DNA of 48,679 nt, counting the filler, from Sphacelaria rigidula (Eukaryota): the NCBI GenBank assembly GCA_964200075.2. It is 2 parts of 2 records of this genome, joined end to end, with 100 filler letters (N's around TTAATTAATTAA, not from the genome) between each part and the next. Parts side by side here need not be neighbours in the genome. Positions count along the whole stretch, not along the records: positions 1 to 24,299 come from CAXNAA020000211.1; 1 more part is not named here. The stretch is one strand, 5' to 3'. The notes under the pieces were generated by a model. It searched no databases, had not been told where the DNA came from, and saw nothing but the letters and a program-made list of their open reading frames with translations. The position numbers and the translations under genes are program-made. Numbering within the stretch: position 1 is the first letter of the stretch; each line of letters opens with the position of its first letter. Shown one piece after another: positions 1-14,000 of this stretch.

Positions 1-1048
1 CCGCTTTTCTCTCTCAATCGTATCATCTACTCTCAATCTCACGAAAACACTGTTTATTCTGAAACCCAGATGTGGCATCGTTCATCTGACCCCATGTCAG
101 TGGCGTCTGTGTTGTAAGAGTCAAACTTGTTTCTACCGTACATTCACTAGAATTGGTCCTGCATAACTGCATCTAAAATGCGCACAGCGTGAATCGGGTT
201 CGATAATACAAAATACATAAACGACGGTATAGTCGACGTTTGACTATGTACACGACGCGGCACAGCGTGCGATCACTTTTCTCCCCGACCCGACTTCATT
301 CTGTTTCACGTCTATGACCCTTCCATAATGTATCATCACTCAGAGCCCGTGAATGTCCCTTTCTTTGGGGGTGGGCCGAGGTGAACAATTTGTTGTATTG
401 TAAATAATCGGCGCCGGCTTGCAGCATAGTACCATTTGTGGCGGGGCATTGTAATTGTTCCGAGGCGATGTAGCGTGTTGACCTCTGCTGCTGTTGATAA
501 GCACTTAGTTTTCTGTACGTGTTGCTTGGGTTGTGGTCCGCCGGTCACGGAGACCAAGCGCTGGTCTGGAAGGAACATGGGTGCAACGGCAACGATCGGA
601 GGAAGACACCCGATTGTACAGCATGCGCCGTTCGCTTCAGGCGTTTTTGCTCCAATCCGGAATCCGGTCGGTGTCCATCTCCGTTTCCGAGCCGCAAATT
701 GCAGATCCGGCAACGGTCTGATGTTCTGTCTTCGCATGATGCCATTCGGGCTGGTGTGTCGGCAAGATGTTCACCCATGTTCGTTGAATCTTCGTAAGCT
801 CCGGCACACAAGCGATCTGTATGCATCGTTGGATCTTCCGGGTCTTCGGACCGATCAACAGGGGGGCTACACTCTTCCGGTCGTTGGGTTTCGGCATTTT
901 TTTTGGTGGGGTATAGTTTCACCGAAATTGGCTATGGTTGTGACTGCTCGGCGTGACTTGTGCTGAGACGGCGGTACGGTCACCACTTCACAAAAGAGGG
1001 TCAACAGGAAAGCAAAAAAGGGTAGATATAACTTCTTAGCAGATGGCA

Positions 1049-1296
1049 GGGTGTACCTTCCTGGTTTGTTTACAAAAAAGGGTACGCTCACAGGCTCTCA
1101 TTTTCGGCGCCGTAGTTCAGCCCAGTAACACTTGTGAAAATGAAAAAAAGTGGACGGGCATGCTGCCCAGACACCTTGGGCGTGAGGCTGAGGTTTTGGA
1201 ACGTGTTTCCGAGGTGTTCAGCCAGCGTGCAGCGCCGCGCCCCAGAACGAAAAAAGCGTTACCCTTTTTTGTTCCGAAAGCACCAGGGTGTACCCT
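1049..1296. mobile_element. Old MITE-like element with imperfect TIRs
   Basis: Left AGGGTGTACC...ACAAAAAAGGGTACGCT pairs with right AGCGTTACCCTTTTTTGT...GGTGTACCCT. Confidence 0.5.
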
Positions 1297-3789
1297 TTTT
1301 TGTACATTGCCCAAAAATAAAAATAATAAACAAAAAGTGCGTATCTATGAAGCTTCAATTCTTCGCATAACTTCGGAGCCAAGTGAGGCCGAGTTATATT
1401 CATGGGTTTCGGCAATACATTGCACATCACACGTTCACGACAAGAAAAAGATCAGACAAATACCAAAATGCTCTGCAATGCTTGCTCAATCAAGCTGAAC
1501 GCATCTATCTGCACCGCCAATTTGCGTCCAATGTACGTCGCATCTTGTGGTGGCAGATGGAGCCAACAATCATGGGCGGTACCTCACACAAGTCGCCCCA
1601 AAATGACCATGTATTGAGCGTTTCTTGATGTGAAGGGAAAAAAAAACTACAACAGCCGGAGGGGGCGGGGGGGGGGTACGTGAGTCTCGGAAGGTTTTTT
1701 TCGGGCACCCCTGGTTGTGACAAATAAAAAGAGATTGAAACGGAGAAGACCGGCGGCAACCATTTTTACTGTGGAAGACCAAAGGAGACTCAGACTCATA
1801 CTTCATGGATGTGCCGAAAATGAAACCCCGGAGCGGTCGGGTTGGGTTTGTCCAATGATATCACGCGATGTGCGAAGTGTGTCCAATTGTATGCATCGAC
1901 AAAACTCTCGCAAAACGGTGCAAACTCCTATATTTGTGATTTTTGTCAGTGGGAATCTGCGGAATACCTCAATTTGAGTTCGGTGCAAGAATATGTCACA
2001 TTAGTGTACTCAAACTTGGACTGGCGCGCTAATATACTAGAAATTAGAGTGGTGCACCGTTTTGGTGGGCTGCATCATCATCATCATCATCATCATCAAC
2101 ACTTGGCGAGCGGAGAAAGTCACATTAAACGGCGACAATGATGTGGCGGAGTGAGTGGAAATCCCGTCGCCACATGTGGAAGAGGTGGCTGAGAAGTACA
2201 ACCAGGACGCTGCCAAGCGTTTCGCTGAAAAAGCTGCAAGAGCGGTTAGGGCAGCCCATCGCCCCCCGGCGCACACCGACCCCCCGCTCGCTTACCGAAC
2301 GTCAGCACAGTAACCGCAGCAAGAGAAACGCTGCGAGGCACACAGGATTATGTGGAACATATCAGGCGGACGTGACTGCCAGCGTCCAGACAGGCGACAA
2401 ATTCGCGAATGGTCGACAACCGACCGCGGCAGCCTTTCGCAACTAGCCTAACCCCAAGTATTACTACAGTCAGCAAACGCACTCCACACTTCACTACAGT
2501 CCAGTATAAGTGGATAACGATGTTACGGTGTTCCATGTCAGAAGACAGAAGGTGTGTAATATCATTGCATGAAACCCGAACGCCGCCCACGAGGACAGAC
2601 GGTCCGAACGCGATAGCGCAAGCCGGAGTAGTACACCTCACGCGGCACGAAGTGGGGCTCTGCAACGTTCAGGCATGATCTACCCGCATTATAGAGGTGA
2701 TTTTGTGGAAACGTACAGCACAAAACGCAGGATGAGATATGCGGTAAGATCACAGCCTACGAAGTGACAGCCTGTATCGGATATGTCAAAGTAACGGCCC
2801 CCGCCTATGCGGCACCAGCAGTATGTAAAACGGCGGGGTACATGGCATCCTCGTCGCCGTTATGGAATGATCGACGCGCAGTGCGATGCCGTGTAAGCGC
2901 GGACGACGGAGTACAGTAACGTACACGACGTATGCTTGTACTTGAAATAAGCTAAAAATATCATGATCACACGCAGTACACAGCAGTAGGTGAACACATC
3001 CCCACAGGGCCTGACGGTGACTGTCTCCGAATACAGACAGTAGACGAAGGCATGACTGAGGTTAATGTGCCGTCGGCGTCGCAGGCTTGCCATGATGCGG
3101 CACGGAGCATCTACTGCAGGTGCGGCGTGAAGATTGCTTCACGAAAGGTCAGCCGTGCACTCTAGCGAGGGTTAAAAAACACCGACAGGCCGAACAATCC
3201 GTCATACCCATAAAATAGGGAACCTTTTTTCCCTTCACGCCCCATTCGCACGGGTCTGAAAAACACGCTTTGGGCTAATCGTTTGCTCAATGGCTGTAGA
3301 AAAACAACCATTACTTGCCCGAAAAAATATGAAATGAAATGGCCAATTTTCCATCGACGGTTCCAAAAGGGTTTAATACACCAAAATGTTGGGCTTTTCA
3401 TGCGCGCATATAATCTCGCATAAAACGGGGTTTTGTGCATACCTCACGCGTTTTTTGAAAACATACCAGTCTGGGCCGAAATATAACCAGGATCCAAAAA
3501 AACCGAACTTGAAGCCTGATATGGATGGACCGCCCTAGAATGACTGTCGAGCAATTCCACAAGCGTGATGCAAGTGAGGCGAAGTTGAGGTTATTAATAG
3601 GCAAGTCCCCTGGATGACCCGGTGATGCCATAGTAGCGCCCCCGGTTTTTCCTGGATTCCCCTGGATTCCCCTGGGATTTCAAGTGCAGATATCACACAG
3701 TGCCCTCTTGCTAGTGCACTTCTGGCCAAAATGCCCCACGTATTAGCGTGCTCCATACTATGGTACATGGTACACTATACGCGGCACAC

Positions 3790-3990
3790 ATGAGGGGTTT
3801 CGTTGCTCAATGGATCCTCGGAGCACAGGAGACGAAGGGAAACATATCCGCGCATCGCTTCAGGTCCCCCTTCACTAATTGTGTTGTTGCTGCTCTTGAG
3901 GAGCTGCTCGATCAACGCGCGTCTCTCATTTTCCTTGGGATTCCTTCTCGACACCCTCTCAGCAGTGCCTCCGGCAAGGGACATGTTCAT
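3790..3990 (-). mobile_element. Possible Tc1/mariner transposase N-terminal remnant
   Basis: Peptide SRRNPKENERRALIEQLLKSSNNTI resembles, from memory, the N-terminal helical segment of plant/oomycete-type mariner transposases. No DDD domain or TIRs were found. Confidence 0.3.
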
Positions 3991-6900
3991 CAGCAGACCG
4001 GAAGGCGTTTTCACGATGATTGCCACACGAGAGCTCTGCCTACCCCTGCTTTGGGTGCTGTTGTCGCGTCCAGGACTGTGCTGTTTTGAAAGAGCAACGG
4101 CCTTGACAGCCCCGCGAGAACGCCAGGAAAACGATGAAGAAAACAATCGACCTGAAGGTTGAAACTGCCAGAGTTATTGCGCCGCATGTTCAAATCCTGC
4201 TTACATTCCGGCCCAGACTGGTATGTTTTTGTGCACTTCAGCACAGCAAAGGTATGAAAACCAAGTTTTACGCATGATTTGGCGCATACAACTACAACGG
4301 GATTATGCATCTCATGCGCAGCAGCTAGTAGCTGCCCACGGGTGCTCCATGTGGCGTGGCTCGTCGAGTCGTGGCGTTTGTGTTCGTAGTTTCTTGTTTT
4401 GAACTTTGTTGCGGGTCTGAAATCGGTTATCGTGCTGTATGTGAACTACTCTGTTTATGTGAAACTGATCAAAGTAAATGTGCAGTTTTTCACATCAAAC
4501 GTAGGCTTTTGCTTTTCACGTCCTTTTTCTTGTCATTCTGGAAGAATCCTAACCCTAACGTTGCTTACCCTGAGTACGTTCCATGCGGGGTGCCGCCAGG
4601 AACCGCCTCAAGGAGGATGCGAAAAAGGCGCATAATTTTCATCTTTGAGCATTAAAAAAGTAAAGCCTACAAAATGCTGCGACATCTCTGCAATCAAATG
4701 TGAAAAATGAGTGGAATATGAGTCGACAAGTAGCTTTAATTGGCCCATCGAATACGTGCTGGCTCAGCTTGTTTGCCTCAATCTGCACGCACCCGCTTCG
4801 CTTGTCTTCCCCGATCACAGCACCGACTGTTGCTGGAGTACCAGAAAAGATGCAACAGACAGCTGCACGGCCGTGACGTGACGATTGTTTCAACCTTTCT
4901 TCGTTTGGACAGCACTTTGATCCCACCCCAATCATGCGTAGACAGAAACACAGCATGCAGCAGTACTACTGTTCAGGCACTCTCCAGTGCACATCGCACC
5001 ATGATCGCCGTAGAATGTCGAGATACACAACAGCACAGCGACAACTACAGCATGGAAATTATGGGTTTGGGAAGCGCCTTGTTCGTTTGAGTCGAGACGA
5101 AACAGCCAACACACCATGAATAAAGCGCAAGGTCCACAAATCAAACACATCCGACTCCTGTACATCCGCACACGCCACGAATGTACAGCAGGTACACCTC
5201 CCACCAAATTCGCCGCGCCCGTTCAGCTGTTGAGCATCAGCTGTGAGTGTTGAAATCTCGACTCATGCACGACCAACCACATAGATGTACTGCCGCCATC
5301 GCGATCACCGCAACTGTACTCTCGAAAACAAATTCCGAACTGCTCCCCCAAGAAGCCACCCAAATGGCGGCCAAGTGACGACTGAGCGCCCAAAAGGTGT
5401 TGATGCCAATCAACATTGTATTCATCGCATCGTCCGCTTCAGTCGGCACGTGATGCGCGGTGTACCAAGGAATTCGCGACGTCGTTGCGACGACGACGGT
5501 GCTCGTGTGAAAGATGAATATGGAAAGCACGTAGCGATATTATGGCACCATAGTGCGATACCGTAGTCTCATCGAAGACGCGGCGACCATTTCTCTGCGC
5601 TCCTTGCGATACCTTCTTTCTGCTTATTGTGTACAACGGCGCCCCGCACTCGTCACCACTTCTCGTGAGTGCCAAGCCATCCGTTCCTGCTACGTGGTTG
5701 CTGTGCTGAGCATGTTCGTTTTGGCAATACTGTACGGTACCCGTGTTGACGTTGTCCGTGTAGCTGTAACGTCGAGGTATGACACTGCAAGTGCACAGTC
5801 TGTACCTTTTGCACGTAAAACGAGAAGTTTTATGCGAAGTGCTTTTCATTCTTTGGACTTGGCTTCGTCTGGAAACAGTATCACCAGCCGACAGTCCGGG
5901 AAGTTCACGGGGAGCTGAGGTGTGGAGGTTCAAAATTGGAAGGAAGGAGACGTTCCCCTATTCCCCCGATGGTGTGACAAAACTTCCTAGATCCACTATG
6001 CGTGTTTCCGGGTTTCTTGATCGGGCAACAGGCCCGAAGGGAGTGGACTCATCATCCTGACAGTTTCAATCGGTCGAATATTTCATCATATCCCCGTACA
6101 ACTCGTTAAGTACTGTTCACTTGGCGTTCAAGCAATATTTTGATCATTTCTGCGAAGGGCCAATCAACTATTGAAGCACACGAAAAAAATAAGCGAATGT
6201 TTTGCGCCTTGGGAGCCAGTTTTGCAGCACGCCTTTCCCTCCCTTGTGGTGGCAAAGTAGCTGCACACTTGTCGCAGAACACCAAGCAGATGCAGTGACA
6301 AAGAGAGAGAAGGAGCGTAGATGGGGTGTAGTGTACAGCGATGACTCACTGATTGTTTCGTAGTGATGTATCAAGCCGCTCGAGGAGTGAGGTATCGCGG
6401 AATCGAAACATGCTCGGGTGTGCTGTTGATAGCACTGCCTCCCGAGGTACCGAGAATGCGAAGGCATCGGCGAGAGTATGTCATTTGTGTACATGGAGCG
6501 GTAGTGATAATCGGCACGCTCCGCGCGCGAAGCATGAAAGTGAGGGTTCTCTCCCTGGAAAAATGATTGACGGAAAACGTGCGTATGCTTGACTTCACTC
6601 AAATCCAACATGTAATATAAATAAGCATGCCGTGTCACTTGAACAGACATTGTTCCGAAGCAAAATTGACCGTGAGCGATTTTTGGCGATGTGGTCGTGG
6701 GAATCGCGGTCGAAATTTTATGAAGCAGGGTATCGAGAGACACTTGCGGCGCGGGAGATGACAAAGGGATAACGCCACGCCGACAGTGGTGTTGAGGAAA
6801 TCGTGGAGGATGACGGTGGTCTCCTTGTTTGAATACATGAGAAGGAGAAAACTCGACTTTGGCGGCATAGTTTCACCCCTTACAGTACCGTATGGCATGT

Positions 6901-7994
6901 TTTGTCAGCTCGTAAAGGCCAACATTATGCCTATATGATGAAGAACACTTAAAAAATATGCGATTTCATGCGGGGTAGTAGCAGCTCATAAGGTCGACTC
7001 GTGATATAGTTCTTTCGAACGTACGCGTTTTCATCTTGGGGGTCAGGTGTAGCCGCTCAGCTTTCATGCCGACACCAACGAAGACCGGGACAGAATGCCC
7101 CTGTATCCGGAATTGGGTAGGCCTATAAAGTCGAGAGTGTTTTGAGCAGGCCCGAGCTCGGCCGTTCTTAATTTTATTCCTGTGCACATGTCCAGGAAGC
7201 CTGAACGTGTCTGACACAAGAGTTGCGCAAAGTTTCAATTGAATTGGGGTCGAGTACTGCTGTGGTACCGAGCCTCCCTCAGCGCTGCCTCAGGTGTATA
7301 ATTTCGGGATGACAAACCTGCCGCACACTTCTGGGGAGGGCGGTGACACTGGGGGGTGTTTGGGATATGAGAGCCATGATGAGCTGAAATCGAGGATTGT
7401 TTAGCTCGAGATGAGACTCAGTGATCCGTTCATGGGCTGTTGCACAATCTCTGACCCGCTGTTGGTCCAGCCGTCGTTGGAAAATAGCCGTGAAAAACCC
7501 GCTGAAGAATAAATTCTGGAAAGGAGCATCGAGTAAAAGGGCTTGAACACGCAGTTTTAACTGGCATGGGGCACCGGAAGTGTGCCGGCATCATCAGTCC
7601 TACGCCGACCGTAAGCTCCGATCTCAAACTAGTGTAATAATTCTGGTGGTCTCCGTTTTTTCTTCGTCCTTGCGAGTTGTTGAGGGCTGATGCCCGATTA
7701 TCATCGCCCTCGAAATCACTCTCACAAAAATGAATCGTTTTGGTATTTATAAAAAGTGAAAACGGAGAAACAACCGGATGAGGATGCGAAAAGGACGTTG
7801 ACAAAATGGTCGGCACGAGTGGGCTGTTCGGCTCTTCATGGGGGCACAGCTGGCGTTCCCATCATGATCAGCAGTCGCCGCGCGTGGAACAGACACCCAA
7901 CGTGCACAGCTCCCAAAGAGAGACGCGCACAGCCACATCCCTCCGCACTTGGTCGAGTCAGTGAGCATGGACCCATCGGCGGGCAGTACGAACA

Positions 7995-8269
7995 AGGGAT
8001 TCCCAGCAGGGTGACAATCACGCGCAAGGTGCGTGGGCATTGTCACACGGTCGAATAACGAATCGTCTCCAGGACGAGGAAGAGCAGCAGCAGCAGCAGC
8101 AGCAGTATCGGCAGCGGCTGATTCAACCCCACCTCCAACCATACACAGCTGCTGGTACAGTAGTAAAGATGATGCGGCTTCTTCTCCTGCTGTGGGAGGC
8201 GGTCCGCGTTCGACCGTGCGACAAACCTTGTGCACCTTGCGCGTGATTGCCGCCCCGCTGGCAATCCCT
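7995..8269. repeat. ~275-nt imperfect hairpin (candidate miRNA/hpRNA precursor or old foldback)
   Basis: Perfect 18-bp core CAATCACGCGCAAGGTGC (8015-8032) / GCACCTTGCGCGTGATTG (8232-8249). It extends through CACGGTCGAA/TTCGACCGTG and AGGGATT/AATCCCT, with the loop near 8120-8145. Confidence 0.75.
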
Positions 8270-11019
8270 GCTCTGTCTGTGTGTTGTTGCTGTCATTGCA
8301 ATCTCGGTGTTCTTCCTTCTTGCCTTCCATGGGAAAAGGCAGGCGATTTGTCGCGATGATGACATCGTGAACCATTATATCATTGTCGTCATCACATGTT
8401 TCACTATGATTGTTTTGTCCCGTTAACCCTTTTGAAACCAAATTCCCAGAAACATGCTGTTCGCACATGGGGGCCTTTTTGTGAAGCGGCATCATTTATA
8501 CTTGAAAACGACTGACGATGACATCGAGTAACAAAAAGACCTCTGAGTGCATACACCGTGTTTCTGGGAGTCCGGTCCCAAAAGAGTTGAGACGGGACCC
8601 AAGCCCGCCGTATAAGTATAGCCGGCAATATCGCCAGTTGTAAGACCTCGCTGAACCCAAGGGTATGTGACGAAACGAAATCATCCGCCTCGTTACTCTC
8701 ATCCCGCTCCATGAGTGCTTCCACATGGCGGGTCCACCACTTACTGCATGCACGCACAGGCCAGTTTTATGCGTGGCAGGTACGAAAATGACCCCCCCCC
8801 CCCTTTTTTTATTCGTCCGCACGAGACAGGTAGGGGGTCTTGACCATGCTCTCCGCTATTTGTAGTTTCGTACAGCGCTTTCGGGTGCGCTCAACCCCGC
8901 CGCCACTTCGAACTCAGCCCCACAGCTTGGTTGTTATGAAGGTGGTCAGGTGCACGGGTAGGCACCAAGGTGGGGGTGCCCCCCCACTCAGGTAGTCTCG
9001 GACTTGCATGCCATCCTCACCATGCTGACGTCCCTTTGATGTCCCCCAGGTAGACTCTGTACACGGCTCACCCTACCCGTCCGAGCGTTGTTCCTCAAAA
9101 TGACCGTAGTTGGTATAAGTGTGACCAGGTATCGCTTTGTGCGGAATGCACGAGTGTGATTTTTTTTTTTTTCCCTCGCACTTTGTACCCCTCCCCTTCC
9201 TCGGGATGAGTCCGTGGTCTCGGGGGATCAACCCATCTCTTCCCCGGTACGCGCCTTTCATTTTGGCCTCGCGGATTGGGTCAGCACTCTCGCACCGTGT
9301 CAAATCACGTGTAGTCAATTACCTTGTTTCCTCATGTTCCCACGCATTCCACGGTGGAAATCATACATTACGAAGAAAAAACCCAACGAATCGGGTGACT
9401 GTACTGGATATGAGGGAGGTACACCGCCCGTTGGTCTGCCGATTTTGCAAGCAGGTACGCACCCGCGACGATTGTCTTCTTCGTGAAGAATAACTCCCCA
9501 TCTCCACCTACTCGGTCGTCGAGTATCAATCAAAACATCATGCAAAAAAAACTCGGAAGTCAATAATGAAGGGCGTTTTTCTCCCTCGAAACTTCGTTGC
9601 AGGCGATATGGCAAAAGGTGCAATGACCTCCTGTCGTTGGGGATGCACCCAGCGCTCATCTGGGGGGTCTAGTGGCCTAGGGCTTTATGGGCACCAGATG
9701 TCGCAGATTGACTCTCGAGCGGCCTGTGGATTTATGTAAAGAAATTGCTGCTCAGACTCACTCGTTCAGTGCCATGACCCCGGGTTGGACGTGAAACAGA
9801 CGAACCTTTTGTCGTCGCCGTTTTTTTGGGGGGGGGTGCTCATTTGTTGCTTGCCCTAATATTTTGATCTTTGACCGCGTTTTTGTTTGTTTTTTGTGGG
9901 GGAGGGAGAGAGTTGTTCTCGATGAAGAGACAAACCCAAGGCTCTTGGCATGACCGGTGTTACACTTGTCTTTTTTCTTGTATCCACATTCCTGAACTGA
10001 TTGAAAGATTGGTCGTGTGAAATTTTCATCTTTTTTTGTTCTCGCCGTCTGGTTCAAAAGTGGTTCCGCGAGACTTGTGCGTAGTTGAGAGATGGTCATT
10101 TGATATTTTCCCCCCACCTTTGCCGTTCCACTGGAGGGACGGCCATTTCAGTCGTGTACCCTGTTCAGAGATTGATGGTCATATGAAAGCTTGCCCTGCC
10201 CGTGAAATGCCTCCAAAGCAACGCACGCATGAAAAAGAAATACATTGCCACGCATACATCACGCGTCATCATTACTCGTGCATCATGCCACGATGTAACT
10301 GACCCTCTTGCAATACATAACGACACACCCGGGGTGGTGATTTAGCCTGACATTTTCCCTTCCTTTTATCCTCCTCTCTTCTTGTATTCTTTCCTGCTTA
10401 CAGGCCCCTGCTTGTGTCCCCTCTCTTTTATCATTTCCTCCCTCTTGTGGGTTTTTCTCATGCGAGTGTTTCGATGTGCTTCCTGTACCATGGGTACGGC
10501 TATTTTGTGAGCAGAGCTGGATGATGACTCTTGGCGGGTCAGTCAATGTGCGATAATCAATACATTATCAATCAGCGCGAAAGTAGGCAAAGGGTGTCAG
10601 GGGGCAATATTCAGCGGGCCTGATATTCTCCGTGCTCCCTAGGTCGTGTTCCACCCCCTGGGATCCACGCTGGGGGTAATGACTCGGATGTGTGTGAGTG
10701 GTACTGCGCCAAGCCAAAACACCTGAATGCACTGATGGATTGGCAGGTAGTGACGGGTGGAAACTGGGAGAGACACTGTAACTTTCACGTCTGCAACATC
10801 ATATCCGCTGCAACAGGCTTCGTCAAACTACGCGTCAAAATAAATATCTGCTTGCCTTGCACTGACCGATTACTTGGCTGATTGATAGCTGCTTCTCATC
10901 TAGTATGGGCAATGCTATTGTGACATAAAACTGTTTCCCGGGCCGTCCTTTGTGTCAGGGTTCTGAAGAACAGCCTCTGATAAAAGGAGCTCTTGTGTTG
11001 ACGGCAACTTGCTTGAACT

Positions 11020-14000
11020 ATGGCGACAGCACCAGGTGTCCCGTTTGGAGTCATCGCCCCTGGCCGTCCCGTGATATCAGAGTTTAGGTGAGAAACGAAG
11101 CAATCCTAGTTCTACTGTAAATTGCCAGGGGGCGGTCATATCTTTTCCATTGCTTCTTGTTTCATTTCAATCTTCTTTTTTTTCCTTATTTTCGTCATGT
11201 TCGCCTGAACCGACTGGCTGTTCGTGTTCTTCTCCTCAACTTTGCTTCAACTTTTTCCTTCTAATTTCCCATTCTATAACTATAGTTGTTATTTTGTATG
11301 TTTCTCTCGCTTTTTGCTCCAGTTTTACTCAGTTTTTTCTGTCCGTCTTGATTTCTTTCGTCCCTTCCCTTTCCTCGGAGTGCCTTGAGCGATCGCTTCT
11401 CTGTTGCTTTGTTTTCTTCACCTTGGGTATGTCCATCTTGTGGATGATGACCAAGCCTGGGTCCCTAGGAGATAAGCAGTTGATGTGCGACAATCACTTG
11501 AATCAACCCTTTTGGAACCCATCGACGATTTTTATTTTCGTGAATCGGCATCATCTCCAGTCATTTTCAAGTAAAAATGATGCCGATTCTCAAAAACGGA
11601 AATCGTCTATGGGGCATGATGTCGCCCTGTCGTAGCTCACCCTCACTTGATGCCTCAGGCAGTCGTGGATACTGATGGTGGGCTTGTATGGGGACAGTTG
11701 TACGGCAACGCACGAGCGGCCACCGGTGACGCTCAAGCCGGACGTCCAGCACGTGCGTTGGTCATGTTGAGGTCGTCCTGCTTTAGTGCGTTCAACCTTG
11801 AGGGATAATGAGTGTGTAATACATTTCAACATACTTTGCCAAAACTCGATGGGAATGGATGTCGTATTCGCGATATATATATCCCGTTCTCTGTCACGCG
11901 CGCTTCTCCGTTGCTCCCTCCGAGCAATACACCGTGCATCGCCAGGGCGTTAGTACCTGGATGTGTGGAGTATGGCGAGTCTCGAGATGCCGTAGTCCCT
12001 TTAGAAGGAGAGTAAAAGCACCACAACTCGCTGGTATGTTCCGTATGTTCCACGTGCGGATTGTCTCGAGGCCAGGTAGGTCTACTTGGCTGGCATTCGG
12101 CAGTTGATGAAGTACACTTTGCAACTACGAAGCATGACTATGATCCGGAACCCTGCCCATTGAACCTTGACGATTTCGTATCTACTTGTTCCCCCCGTCC
12201 ACCGACTGCTCAGGGTGATAGATTCCTCCAAGTGCGTGACGGAGATATCTTGTCCACGAGAGGTGAGTAAGCGCGTCATTGCAGTGGCTCGGAGAATCCG
12301 CCATGGTTGTGTGCTTGTTCACGACTGTAGTGACGATTGATTCACTTGAAGTGATTTCATGCTGTGCTGACAACACCTTGATTTACAATTCACAGGGGGT
12401 TAGGGTAGACCAGGGTACAAAGTAGGGTATTTTCGGTTGTCGATACCCCGGGTACCCTGAAATACTGAGTATTTTCAGCTGTAGATACCTCAGGTACAAT
12501 GAAATACTGAGGATATCTGGCAGTCAAAATCCCCAATACCCTCGATGGAGTATTGGGTGCTCCAAAATACCCTGAAACTCCAGGGTAACCCAGGGCTCAG
12601 GGTAGTTACCTTAGCAAAACATATTGAAGGTAGATGGTTGGGATAGGGTAGGGTACAGGGTAGTAGAGTATTTGGAACTTTCAATAATGCACCCAACGCG
12701 CCCCAGAATTCGAATGGTGCAACTGTGACTGTTAGTGTGGACAGAACGTGGTTTCGATTTCTGATCCGCCGGATTTTTTTCTTTCTCCGAAGCATCTGAT
12801 TTCCACTGTCGAAAGCGTGAATACGGGAGTAAACAAGAAAAAAGTGGACCGAGTTTGTATTGCGAGAGGTGTCGTGGTGAGGGAGTGCTGATTCGATCCG
12901 CAGGACCAAAACGCAAGGTGTGTACCGGGAAGAGATGCATGGATCGATCTGCGACAATATCACGCAATCACTACTCATTTTTCTCCCCCATATTTTGGGC
13001 GTCGTGCATCAGGCAAACCAAAAGGGTACTCTCAAACACAACTGCCTCCTCCCCGTCAATCTCCTTTGAAGATCATGATGCGCCTCCCCCCCCCTCCCCG
13101 TCCCGTCCCTCCCGAGCCTGCGCGCTCAAGAAATGTACAACGGCGTATATGCCTTGGGTATCGTGGTATTCTGGGTATTAAAAGCATTCGATACTCTGGG
13201 TACCCTAGAATACGTGGTGTTTCTGGCATTCGTTCCCCTTTATCACTGGGTACTCCGAAATACCGTGGAGATGCGGCGTGCCCCAGAGTACGTACCCTAT
13301 CCAGACCACCTTTGGAGCAATTTGCTCTACTTATTTTAGTGAAAGTCATGGTCGCATTCTCATAGTATTGATCCCATTCCAAGCGATGAGTATACTGAAC
13401 ACCTGTGTGTCCGGTACCGTGTTCGTTTGTCATGGTGCGTTGCGGTGTATACTTCAGGTGGATGAAGTGGTGTTCTTCCTCTTGCCCAACTCTCCGGTAC
13501 CACCAGGGCATGCTGCCGTGCTCTACTTCAGTGTGCCAAATGCTACAACGGGAGCTTTCGAACACTGGTGAGCTGTGGCTCGTATGTGCGACGACAGTGT
13601 CCCGTGGTGGAACAGCCGGAGTGGAACACCACAAACGGCGTGGGCAAAGTGTACGATACAGTTTATCACAGTTGATGTCAGCAGGTCGTTGCTGTTGCAC
13701 ACAGAGTGGACCACAAGCGGTAACAAATTGTAGCAACATGCCGTCCGTTGAACGTGCGTCTTGCGGCGTGCGAGATGGATCCGTGTAACCACGTCTTCGC
13801 CCCTCAATTGTCTCGGTCTTGAAACGGCCTTGTGCGCTTGTGATATTGTTGCACATGACATGGCTTTAAAAAACGCCGTTCGTCCGTGATTTCGCATAGT
13901 TAGGGAGGTACTCGGCGCGGTGGCGGCCGGGAAACCATCCGGCGTATTCAGGACTGGCTGGGCCACCAACGACCAGATACGACCATGCCCGGTTGCACAA

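Noticed and set aside
336-966. Overlapping 125-176 aa ORFs on both strands
   Set aside because: No recognisable domain or convincing splice structure.
1842-2460. Poly-His ORF and adjacent helical peptide (EEVAEKYNQDAAKRFAEKAARA)
   Set aside because: The His run is a (CAT)n microsatellite, and the neighbouring frame has stops and no recognisable family.
5400-8760. Possible minus-strand gene (198-aa ORF 6168-6764, exon-like ~8745-8557, ORF 7747-8235)
   Set aside because: No phase-consistent model or homology could be assembled, and the 7747-8235 ORF largely coincides with the hairpin.
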